From Eledone cirrhosa (Eukaryota), in assembly GCA_964016885.1 (NCBI GenBank), contig OZ024743.1, positions 89,528,001 through 89,592,000 on the forward strand: a stretch of DNA of 64,000 nt. Reading direction: 5' to 3'. The notes below the pieces were generated by a model. That model made no database searches. It had not been told where the DNA came from and was given only the letters and a program-made list of their open reading frames with translations. The translations under genes were made by a program, and so were the position numbers. How positions within the stretch are numbered: position 1 is the stretch's first letter; each line of letters opens with the position of its first letter. This document shows, one piece after another, positions 13,776 to 25,525 of the stretch.

Positions 13776-14029
13776 TTCAAAACACACGACTATCCACAGA
13801 TTGTTTATAGAAAACACCAAGTAATTCAGAAAATCCTTAATCCAAATAATAAAAAGGGGAGCATACGTATGTTTTTAATGAAGGGTTCTGATCTAGGAAG
13901 AAGATCAACAATTCCAGGGATTCAATTGACCCCTGTACGGGATTTGCACTACATACATGTATATATATGTATATATGTGTTTGTATTTGAGTATACGATA
14001 TGTAGAAACATTTGGGGGAGATAGAATGA

Positions 14030-14052
14030 ATATATGTGTGTGTGTTTGTATG

Positions 14053-14101
<49 letters not shown>

Positions 14102-14118
14102 ATACATATATATATATG

Positions 14119-14154
<36 letters not shown>

Positions 14155-14366
14155 TATATACATACATACATATAAATATATATAAATATATGTATATATA
14201 TATACATATATATACATATATATATATACATACATATACATACATACATACATACTCGAAATTAAGAGAAAGAGATAACATACATATATACATGCATCTA
14301 CATATATACATGCATCTACATATATACATATATACATATATACATATATACATACATACATATCTA

Positions 14367-14446
<80 letters not shown>

Positions 14447-14454
14447 TACATGCA

Positions 14455-14489
<35 letters not shown>

Positions 14490-14745
14490 TACATGTATAT
14501 ATATGTATATATAAATATACATATATATATACATGTATATATATGTATATATAAATATACATGCAACATACATACATACATACATACATACATAGATACA
14601 TACATACATACATACATACATACATACATAGATACATACATACATACATACATACATACATACATAGATACATACATACATACATACATACATACATACA
14701 TACATACATACATACATACATACGTGCATATATATGTATATATAT
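14030..14745. repeat. (TA)n/(TACA)n microsatellite block
   Basis: Direct reading. Source of the HTYI/YIYI pseudo-ORFs. Confidence 0.95.
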
Positions 14746-15187
14746 CCCACATGCACTTACTGACTCATAAATTTATATTAAAATAACTGCATACTACAGA
14801 GAAACAGAGAGATAGGTACATATGTATACTAACCTACAAACAGAAATAGATCTAAACATACGCCTTATACAACTCATGTGCGATGTAAGTTTCTTTATAA
14901 GAAATCTCTCGTGTCACACGTGTTTGTATATCCATATTTGTAAATTACACAAACATACACCGACACACAGTCAGACACACACATGTATATACATTTTATA
15001 TGTGTCTGTATGAGGGGTTTGTGTGTGTATATGATTATATATATATATATATATATATATAGGAAAAAGTATGACCCCGACAGCAGAGCTCAAGCCGTTT
15101 CGACGGCTATTTCCCACTCTACTACCCTAAGTATTGAGTACTCTGGTGCGTTATGGTCCATCTGGTTCCTTACCACAATTCCTTTGT

Positions 15188-15315
<128 letters not shown>

Positions 15316-15408
15316 TATATATTTATGCAGTTATGTATGTCAGTAAATATACATTAATAAACATGTAAACAAAATATATATATGCTTGTGAATGAAAGTA
15401 TATATATG

Positions 15409-15527
<119 letters not shown>

Positions 15528-16027
15528 ATACGTATACTTAGAATTGACAGTTAAATGATATACAATCGTACCTGGGTTTGGTTTACATCCATGTATATAT
15601 AGTCATCAGTGGTATGTAATACGTCCAATGGTCCGTTTTGTACTCGGATGTACACATATGTATATATACATATATACTATATATGTATAAACATATATAG
15701 AGTAGCCTCTTTATTCACATCGCTGTATGGTATCTGTCGTCCCGTATAAAAAACTATGTTTCAACGTGTGGATGTATATGTGTGTGTGCCTGTGTGTGTG
15801 TGTGTGTGTGTGTGTAGAAGACTACCTAACACTGTATAACTCTCCCGTTGGCGTATATACCTTCCTACTGCTGAATTTTCTAAGTTTCAACTGACTTGCT
15901 TATCTCACACGCATACGCACACACACATACATATATACACACACACACGCACACACTTACACAGATATATGTACGCATACACGCGCATACACATATACGC
16001 GCGCATTAACACTCACGCTCACTTACT

Positions 16028-16098
<71 letters not shown>

Positions 16099-16195
16099 TC
16101 ACCACACTCAATTTATCCTCTTCGAAATGATAGAGAGGAATAGTAAAACTGACACGAGTAGTAACACACGTGTGATATGTATGTGTGTGTTTGTT

Positions 16196-16285
<90 letters not shown>

Positions 16286-16349
16286 TCGCGAGTTCAATCG
16301 GGGGTGGCCACATTCAGTAAGGTACTCAGTACATTAGTAGTGTGTAAGC

Positions 16350-16485
16350 ATCATGTTTAATATAGAAATGGCTTCTTCAGGACTAAAACAGTTTCATTCA
16401 AATGAAATCACCAGGAAAGCTTCCCTGACGATTTGTTTTGAACGAAACAGTTCTAGTCCTGTAGAAGCCATCTCTATATTAAACA

Positions 16486-16489
<4 letters not shown>
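16350..16489. mobile_element. Fold-back solo element carrying hammerhead cores in both arms
   Basis: Arms of ~65 bp around GGAAAGCTTCC. Plus arm CTGACGA-TTTGTTTTGAAC-GAAAC-AGTTCTA-GTC; minus arm CTGGTGA-TTTCATTTGAAT-GAAAC...GTC. Confidence 0.65.
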
Positions 16490-16536
<47 letters not shown>

Positions 16537-16700
16537 CATTAATGAATGGAAATATCTTTTATAATACCATATTTATTTTATTATACGTATTTCAAGGACA
16601 CAAGATGTTAGTGTGCTTTCATCAGATAAAATATAATATTTGGTGTTAAGATATTGACATATCTTAGCGTAGATTTAATAATATAAGCTCGCTAACGGCA

Positions 16701-16735
<35 letters not shown>

Positions 16736-16741
<6 letters not shown>

Positions 16742-17796
16742 TAAAGTGGTCCTCATCAGTGATCTTCCAACCATCACAGGTATTTTCTTCGCTTTAAAGA
16801 CCATATACCTCCGGCTGGTGCGAGCAACGGCTAACAAAAGTCGTTGGGATACGTAAATAAAGGGGACAGCGAGAGTGTAAACAAACAAGATGGTGAAGCA
16901 ACGAAAAATGAGGAAGAACGAGTCAAGTCCCAAATTTCCATGAATATAAGTTCGGTGAAATCGTGAACGAAAGAGAATAAAGACCATCAAACCTGGTTGG
17001 AATGTGAGCAAGGAAGGAATTCCGTACAGGTCTAACGGAGGAAGAAGGGATCTAGTCTGTGAATTCTGTGAACGTAAGTTCTGTGAAATCGTAGACGAGA
17101 GAGAGAAAAAGGCGAACCAGCCTGACCAAGGCGTGCGAAAGAAAAGAATTACGCACAGGTCAAACGGGAAGAAGGAGGAGGAGGAGAGGTAGTAACAGAG
17201 AGTGAGTGAGTGAAGGGTGACGAAGAGGGCTAATAGAGAGAGTGACTGTTAGAGAGGGCAAAGATACAGAGAAAGAGGAAGCAGTAAGAACGAAATAGAC
17301 GGGGTCATAGCGAGGGAAAAAATATGTGCAAATATGAGAATAAACGTGCTGCGTGGTTGCAAATGGGTTACATATGAATAAAGTGGTCCTCCTCTCGTCT
17401 ACGATTTCACAGAACTTATGTGCACCGAATTCACAGACTAGATTCCTTCTTCCTCCCGTTAGACCTGTACGGAATTCCTTCCTTGCTCACATTCCAACCA
17501 GGTTTGATGGTCTTTATTCTCTCTCGTTCACGATTTCACCGAACTTATATTCATGGAAATTTGGGACTTGACTCGTTCTTCCTCATTTTTCGTTGCTTCA
17601 CCATGTTTGTTTGTTTACACTCTCGCTGTTCCCTTTATTTACGTGTCCCAACGACTATTTTTAGCCGTTGCTCGCACCAGCCGGAGGTATATAGTCTTTA
17701 AAGCGGAAGAAATACCTGTGATGGTTGGAAGATCACTGATGAGGACCACTTTATTCATATGTAACCCATTTGCAACCACGCAGCACGTTTATTCTC

Positions 17797-17798
<2 letters not shown>
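16736..17798. mobile_element. Non-coding element with terminal redundancy plus an inverted partial copy (PLE pseudo-LTR-like architecture)
   Basis: 17392-17760 is the reverse complement of ~16736-17100, and 17741-17798 of 17334-17391. Flanked by (TA)n and (CA)n. Confidence 0.7.
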
Positions 17799-17888
<90 letters not shown>

Positions 17889-17928
17889 TAACAAGTTATC
17901 GTTATAGGTAATCAAGTTAGAGGTTGTG

Positions 17929-18041
17929 AGTACTCTGAAGATTTGGTCAGAGGTAAATAATGTAATGGAGATCGAGTGACGCAACTTCGAGCGATTAGCG
18001 GCCTCTAGACTTACCTGATCAATGAAACAATTGTTAATACT
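17929..18041 (+). ncRNA. Type I hammerhead ribozyme motif with extended stem II
   Basis: Stem I AGTACT/AATACT (one mismatch), core CTGAAGA 17935-17941, stem II TTGGTCAG/CTGATCAA, GAAAC 18024-18028, palindromic stem III AACAATTGTT, GUU site, AATAAA at 18051. Confidence 0.75.
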
Positions 18042-18096
18042 AATACCTGAAATAAAGCCCCTTGTTGTACAGCCAACCATGTTACACTTCATTCTT

Positions 18097-18140
<44 letters not shown>

Positions 18141-18331
18141 GAAAAATCAAATCGAATCTGGAGCTCACACCTATGTAGGTTTAGCTGCTTATTAAGAGGT
18201 TTCACGCGTATTTTGATTATATGGGGCCCACTCATATGGAAAGTAATGTAAAATGAAGAATCTTGTTTAAGAACACAATTGTATCGAACCCAGGAACCTA
18301 TGACCGTGAGTCCAATACTTTAACCACTAGG

Positions 18332-18368
<37 letters not shown>

Positions 18369-18390
18369 TATATAAAGAAGGAGAGAGAGA

Positions 18391-18438
<48 letters not shown>

Positions 18439-18446
18439 GAGAGAGA

Positions 18447-19243
18447 GATGAAGTTGGAAATAGCACGGGAAATATATTTAAGGGTCTGTTTTCTTTTTTG
18501 ATTCGTCAAAGTGATATTAAAAAGATAATTGTTTCTATTTTAGGCACAAGAAAGATAATGTTATTAAAAAAGAGAGGGACAATTCTTTTTTGAAAAATTT
18601 TATATAAAGTACATGAGAAAATTACTGGTTTCGATGTATTAAAATCCATCTTGTCAAATTCAGTGAAAAAAGTTAATTAAAAAGAGTTGGAAGGAGTAAA
18701 AAAAGGTTTAAAATTAAAATCAAAATCGAATGTTTGTGTAAAATTTCTTCCATCATATATCCTGAAAAGTTGGCTGGAATCGATTTTGATTTTAATTTTA
18801 AACCTTTTTTTACTCCTTCCAACTCTTTTTAATTAACCTTTTTTCACTGAATTTGACAAGATGGATCTTAATACATCGAAACCGGTAATTTTCTCATATA
18901 CTTTATATACTTCATAAAAAGTTTTCAAAAAAGAATTGTCCTTCTCTTTTTTAATAACGGTGAATTGGCAGTATCGGTAGAGGGTCGGACATGCTTTCCA
19001 GCATAGTTACGTCCCTTTACGATCTGAGTTCAAATCCGGCCGAGGTTAACTTTGCCTTTCATCCTTACGGGGTCGATAAAATAAAGTACCAGTAATGTAC
19101 TGGGGTAATTCATAAAATAAAGTACCAGTAATGTACTGGGTAATTCATAAAATAGAAACAATTATCTTTTTAATATCACTTTGACGAATCAAAAGAGAAA
19201 AACAGACCCTTAAATATATTTCCCGTGCTATTTCAACTTCATC
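18447..19243. mobile_element. Nested fold-back element containing a SINE A copy (18959-19165) and a decayed hammerhead motif
   Basis: 18560-18729 mirrors 18780-18958 and 18447-18540 mirrors 19150-19243. 18849-18891 reads GAAT-TTGACAA-GATG..CATC-GAAAC-CG-GTA-ATTT. Confidence 0.7.
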
Positions 19244-19331
19244 TTTTCTCTATACCCACTGTTTTGTATAGAACCTCATTTCCCTTTTCTAATATATATA
19301 TATATATATATATAGATAGATAGATAGATAT

Positions 19332-19415
19332 ATTTCTTTATTAGCCACAGGGGCACAAAAGAAGGGGACAAATACAAAGGGGGAAGTTTACATACAATAA
19401 AAACGTGTAAAATGT
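19332..19415 (-). mobile_element. ~85-bp 3' terminus of Tx1-type LINE inside (GATA)n
   Basis: Near-identical reverse complement of 10475-10556, with GATA repeats on both sides. Confidence 0.8.
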
Positions 19416-19417
19416 AT

Positions 19418-19449
<32 letters not shown>

Positions 19450-19555
19450 GATTTTAAAATATTTCTATACCCACTCTGCATATCCCCATGCATCGAATAC
19501 TCTCATGGAGTACTCTCAGCACCTCAGACCCTCTGTCTCCATATCTCTCTCTCTC

Positions 19556-19696
<141 letters not shown>

Positions 19697-19704
19697 TATA
19701 GTGA

Positions 19705-19840
19705 AGGCGTGTGGCTGAGTGGTTAGAGTATTGGATTCACAATCGTGAGGTTGTGAGTTCGATTCTTGAACCAGGCGATGCGTTATGTCCTTGAGCAAGA
19801 CACTTTATTTCACGTTGCTCCTTCTACCTGGAGTTGCGAC
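19705..19840 (+). mobile_element. tRNA-derived SINE family B (CORE-like), 5' part
   Basis: TGGCTGAGTGGTTAGAG A box, GAGTTCGATTC B box, TGTCCTTGAGCAAGACACTTTATTTCAC. Longer copy at 53978-54310; 3' part in reverse at 20540-20712. Confidence 0.75.
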
Positions 19841-19921
19841 CGATAGATAGTATTAGCAATTGGAAAGACCAACGGAAACATAGTTTCCTCGGTCCGATTT
19901 GACGAAAGTCGATCGACTAGA

Positions 19922-19953
<32 letters not shown>

Positions 19954-20142
19954 ATACTTGGGGAGAGTCATATTTGTGTAATATTGCCAGAATTAATAAC
20001 AGAACACACTCACTGTTTGGTGAGTGTGTTCTGTTATTAATTCTGTTATTAATTCTGTTATTCTGTTATTAATTCTGTTATTCTGTTATTAATTCTGTTA
20101 TTAATTGGTGAGTGTGTTCTGTTATCCTCCAATATATATATA

Positions 20143-20334
20143 TAGGAACGAATAGGACCCCGACGGCTGAGCTCAAGCCGTTTCGACGGCTAATTCTGGA
20201 CTCGAATTAGCCGTCGAAACGGCTTGAGCTCAGCCGCCGGGGTCCTACTCGTTCCTATTACCCACTCTACTACCCTAAGTATTGAGTACTTTGGTGCGTT
20301 ATGGTCCACCTGGTTCCTTACCACATTTCCTTCG

Positions 20335-20338
<4 letters not shown>
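20143..20338 (+). mobile_element. Short solo element with a 5' inverted duplication (collapsed copy at 15061-15190)
   Basis: 20143-20196 is the reverse complement of 20204-20257. The tail CCCACTCTACTACCCTAAGTATTGAGTAC is shared with 15113-15190. Both copies lie between (TA)n tracts. Confidence 0.7.
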
Positions 20339-20377
<39 letters not shown>

Positions 20378-21344
20378 TATGTATACGTACATACATATAT
20401 GTATACAGACGTACAGTAGAATGTATATATATAGATACATGCACACGTATATATATATGTACGTATGGATTTACCGACCATTTATTATAATGCTCGGTTT
20501 GTTTGTATATATATATATATATATATATACATGTGTGTGTGTATAGCAAGGGGTAATGAGTATCTTTCGTAACGAAGGACCATGGGATTTTCACCTAGAG
20601 GATTTCCCTTCCGAGGCACTAGTCCGGGCAAGGTGTGTTTCGTGGAAGACTAGCAGTCTCCCCTGCACCCCAGTTTCCTCTCTCCACGCCACCGATGTTG
20701 TCCAAGAGAAAGATGGAACCCATCAAATGGCATAGGAAGATATGAGAGTCAAAGATCATTCAATATTGTGTATATATGCTTGTGCATTTATATGTGTATT
20801 TGCATATTTATGTAAATTTATATGAGGGAAGGATATTATTAGTTGAAACTTGCGTTGTTTGCAGTCTCTAGGGCTTTTTCACTGTTTTTGCTCTTTTTAA
20901 GCCTAGTTTCAAACATTTAGAGAGTGACTTATATGTCACAATAGTATTTGATAATTATAAAATCTGATGTGTTGGCAATTTCTAAAGCCTAATTTTGTAT
21001 ATTTTTTTAGTTGATTGTATTTGTAACTAACACCCTCTCCACGAAACCATTTGACCACATACAGAGAGCGGATAATTTTTACAGCGATCAGAGTATCAGG
21101 TATGTCAGCGACAATGAAATTCCTCCACTTCTGTAGTTTCGTCACCAATACTGATGCGTCTCATGTCAGTGCCTCGGTGGTGGGAGTCTTGGTTTTGCTA
21201 TATTGTTATTGCATGCTATCTGCATCTTGATTGGAAAGGAAAATTGAATAGACAAAAAAAGCATCAGCGAGCCGTCAGCCATCTAATATATATATATAAT
21301 ATGTATGTATGTATGAGAGATTGACCCCTTAGCCTTTGTCAAGG

Positions 21345-21724
21345 CAGAATTTTAGGAGAAGGAAAACTCTGATATAACACCTGCAACCCTGATGGTATCC
21401 AATGATGTTGACTTGTTCTTCTTTTTGGTAAATATCATCTTGTTTAAGAGAGTGGGACTGGCTTTGTGCAGTGCCTTTGCTCATTATAAAAGCTTCACGG
21501 CACAGGCATTGCTTTATATCTGGAGATCTCCCTGCACTTGTCGTCACATGGTACCATGGGCCCAGCACTATGTGTCAATAATTGTCACAAATGTAGTGTT
21601 TGTACCAGAGTTTTCAAGTCGCTGGCTGGACTAAAAAGTCACACTCGTTCAGCGCATCGGTAGGGGTTCTCCTACATGGATATAAAGTAGTGGCCGTACT
21701 CGAAAACGAGTTGGCAGCCACCAT
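21345..21724 (+). mobile_element. 3' fragment of an RTE-like LINE with C2H2 finger remnant and (TATG)n tail
   Basis: Near-identical inverted copy at 51384-51749 reads [20 protein letters not shown]. Ends CTCGAAAACGAGTTGGCAGCCACCAT(GTAT)n. Diverged copies at ~22353-22650 (-) and 52385-52768. Confidence 0.65.
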
Positions 21725-21798
21725 GTATGTATGTATGTATGTATGTATGTATGTATGTATGTATGTATGTATGTATGTATGTATGTATGTATGTATGT

Positions 21799-21885
<87 letters not shown>

Positions 21886-22744
21886 TAAAGAGATCGATAT
21901 ATAATATATAATGATCATGCGGCTCTATGATCACTCAATGAGAAATTTGAGGTTAAAAAGCCAAGGCCACAGAGCGGTATACACTGCCAATGTCATAGGA
22001 AACCACATATCTAATATTTTTCTGGAATGAATATAATTAGGCTAAAAACACAGACAGAATAAGTATTACACTTACATAGCCACTAGGTTTTTATAAGATC
22101 TATATGGTACAATTTCATGCAGTAAATATCATCAACATTTACCATTGATTAATATCGGTAAATGGTGAAGCCAGGGGCTAGCTATCTTGTAATTCCAGAA
22201 AAAAATATTAGTTCCCAAAGAACGCGAGGCCAGCCATTGCTCAGGCCACATGGAAACAAAATAGAAATGAAATTACAACGTTCAATAAGATGAATGTAAT
22301 AAGTGGTAACACTAGAAATAGGTCACACACTAACTCACATACACACACATATATGGTGGCTGCAACTTGATTTCGACTAATGCCATCGCTTGATACTTAA
22401 GCATGAGCATCACGGACGTGGCTCTTTAGTCATGCTAGGGACTTGCCTATGGCCAGCAATATCATGCATCGCAAAAAATGTCACATATTAAGCAATGCCT
22501 GCGCTTGAAGCTTTTTTAAATGAGGAAAGGCTTTGCACGGAGCCAATCCCATTATCTGAACATCGAATGCATTTACCCAAAAAAGTAGAACTAGTCTACA
22601 TCATAGAATGCAAACGAAGTCGCAGGTCTTATATCAGTGACCTTCTAGAGAGATATCTTAATGAAGATTAGAAGTCTCTCGCTCAACTGAGCTCTATAAA
22701 CAGTAGAATAGCTATATATTAATTAATTACATAATAACGATTCC

Positions 22745-22950
22745 TAATTTAGGCACAAAGCCAGCAAATTGTGGGGAAGGGGAAGTCATTTGAATCGACC
22801 ACATTACTCGACGGTTACTTTAGTTTACTGACCCCAGAAGTATGAACAGCAAAGTTGACTTTGACCGGATCAGAACACAGAACATAAAGAGCCGAAAGAA
22901 ATACCACGTTGTATTTTGTCCAACGCTCTGATGATTTTGCCGATTTACCT
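22745..22950 (-). mobile_element. Diverged SINE family A relative
   Basis: TTTAGGCACAAAGCCAGCAA...GACCCCAGAAGTATGAACAGCAAAGTTGAC resembles the reverse complement of the family A body. Confidence 0.6.
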
Positions 22951-23386
22951 CCCTTATCAATTATATAATAAGGATGTTACATAACCTAATAGGCTACCTT
23001 TGGTTTCCTACTCCTACAGGCAAATTCATATCAGGCAATCTAGGCCACCTATATGTACATGTGGCAGACTCAAGGAAATGGGTGGGGTTGTGCGATTTAG
23101 ATAAAACATTTAGTGGACAAATATATAAGTGGAAAGATCAGGGGGATAACTTCTGTTATATGTTATTGTAAATTATCTACCTTCAGGCGTGGTGATGTAA
23201 AACTGGCGAGTATTCACATACATTTTTTCGCACAAAGAAAAATGCTAATATATAAAAACAATGAGATAAAGCTAGAAGAAATTAATACATATTCACGCTC
23301 ACGCACATTCCATAATTATATGCAGGCGGTGACACACACAGGCAAACACACACACACATCTATACATACTCATATATATATATATA

Positions 23387-23963
23387 CTAGCTAAAGTACC
23401 CGTCCTTTGGACGGTTCAAGTAGCTTTCGATGTAGCTCATTAAACTAAACAAATTAAATTTGAATACATAGAAGAAAAACGTACTTTATGTAAACATGAA
23501 AACCTTAGGCACTATTCCAGCGAAATAATTAACATCTGAGCTCGGTGTCATCCGTTATCCCACGTAACAACAGAAATCCAGTCTAGGTATACATTTTTTT
23601 GACAACAGTAAAACCTAGTACAAAGAGTAGAGTAAAATCCGAATGAGCCGAATTGTAATAATCAAAATCCAAAACAAAATGTTTGACAACATAAAAAATG
23701 CAGTTCCTATTGTATTGACGAAAGATAACTCTTGTCTTACTTAATCACGAAAATTGACACAAATAAACCGAAACTTTTTTAATGTCTCCAAAGACCCCAA
23801 TATCGATTTTGAAAGCCTTTGTAGATCATGTACAGGTGTTTTTGCAAGGAGAAGCTCTGTAAAAAAAGTTCAAAGAAATCGCATGAATGGTTTAGAATAT
23901 ATGAACCTTCATTAAAAATTGTCCACAAACACACATAGAAAACTTCGCTTTATATATATACAG

Positions 23964-23964
<1 letters not shown>
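23387..23964 (-). mobile_element. Non-autonomous Helitron
   Basis: Minus strand starts A|TCTGTATATATATAAAG and ends with hairpin CCGTCC-AAA-GGACGG ~10 nt before CTAG|T. These are canonical Helitron termini at an AT site. Confidence 0.75.
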
Positions 23965-24004
<40 letters not shown>

Positions 24005-24299
24005 CATATTTTAACATATAATGTCGAACAATAATTGCTTAAATCCAGCTTCGCGATGTCTAAATGATGGTGTTAGTTGTAGTGGTGTTGTTGACCTAGA
24101 ATTGAAATAGTATTTGTATATCATATAAAAGAATATATTTCATGGATGGAAAAGAGTGTCCATATATTCTGAGAGTTTGGAAGAAGTCTATTGTTGCTCG
24201 CTGGTTTCACTGGGGTTCCAGGGGGGGGGGGGGTATTTCCAAGATGAGAACAAATCATTTTCTGAAGTGAAAGCAAGAAATAGATATCTCATTTAAGAA

Positions 24300-24910
24300 T
24301 TTAGGTAGTCTTGGATGAAATCCATGAAGAATTAGGGTTTTACGACAGGTTCAATGCCTGCATCTAGCATCCATTAATGTCAGAATTTTGATTTTTCTAG
24401 CAAGTTCTATTTGAGTATGTCAAGGAGAATATATAGTTTGTCAAGCTATTGGAAGTGTCTCATATCTGAATGACTGAAAGACGAAACACCAAGTAATACT
24501 TCCCCTTAAATTTCCCTTCTAGAAGACTAACTTACTTTCTTTTATCCATTGTGTGGTTCGGTGGCTCAGATGTAACTTAATGTTACATGCCAGGTCCAGC
24601 GAGCAATCATCTTTATTCTTCCGCTTGAGCATCCTGATAAATATATATATATATAATAGTAAAAAGAAAAAAAAGCAGTAGATAAGGCTAAAGAGATTTT
24701 CTCTACAGTCGAGGTCAACACCTAAAACAGAACGAACTGATTCTTCTCTGCTACTTCCACTATTAATAGAGACACAGCTATGGTCAACACCAAGGGAAAA
24801 CGACATGTAAACCATGTTATTTGTTTCCCATATTGTTAATAAGGTACAATTCAATTTCATTATACACTTCCGTAGCATGAAAAAGCCCATAAGCTGAAAC
24901 CGGATCAAAA
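24300..24910 (-). pseudogene. Highly decayed LINE RT thumb-region remnant (tentative)
   Basis: ESVRSVLGVDLD followed by LIY..F resembles the LGV.LD..L motif of CR1/L2/Jockey RTs. No catalytic motif seen. Confidence 0.3.
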
Positions 24911-25060
24911 AATACGGATATTCCTATTTTATAAATAAATGTTTTGCAGTTATTCTGAGAGAAAATCCCTTTAGCATTTTCTACTGTTTTTTAATTTTTA
25001 TTATTATATGTATCAACTCGTGTGTCACTTTTCTAAATTATATATATATAAATATATATA

Positions 25061-25175
<115 letters not shown>

Positions 25176-25179
25176 ATTT

Positions 25180-25512
25180 ATACTTGGGGAGGGTCATATT
25201 TGTGTAATATTGCCAGAATTAATAACAGAACACACTCACTGTTTGGTTGGTTTTCGCTTTTCGCTTCTGTGTCTTTTATATCGGTAATCTAATTTATTCG
25301 GTCCTCAATGTTGCCATTGACTGACCAACGGTCAAAAATAATACAGATACAATATAGACACAAACACATATATATAGTTTATCAAAGTTCTTTCGTTGAA
25401 CATATGCAACATCGTCAGTGGTGCTATTGTTTCCTCCCGTTGAAATATATAAACAGACTAAATAAAGATGGCGTAGAAAATACAATGCAACGGGGGGAAA
25501 CAATAGCACCAC
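25180..25512 (-). mobile_element. Solo PLE pseudo-LTR with hammerhead motif and inverted 5' extension
   Basis: 25180-25442 is the reverse complement of 39254-39517, and 25453-25510 is a direct match to 39220-39277. The minus strand at 25423-25381 reads CTGACGA-TGTTGCATATGTTCAAC-GAAA-GAACTT. Confidence 0.8.
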
Positions 25513-25525
25513 ATATTATATATAT

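Noticed and set aside
12177-13820. Long His/Thr/Tyr/Ile ORFs (474-547 aa)
   Set aside because: Stop-free translations of TG/TATG microsatellite in all three frames; no coding signal.
17700-17760. CTGATGA after a TGAT/ATCA hairpin as a type II hammerhead
   Set aside because: No valid NUH or closing stem II could be built.
19705-19790. Possible tRNA gene (also other A/B-box hits)
   Set aside because: No complete cloverleaf; continues into a SINE body present in several copies.
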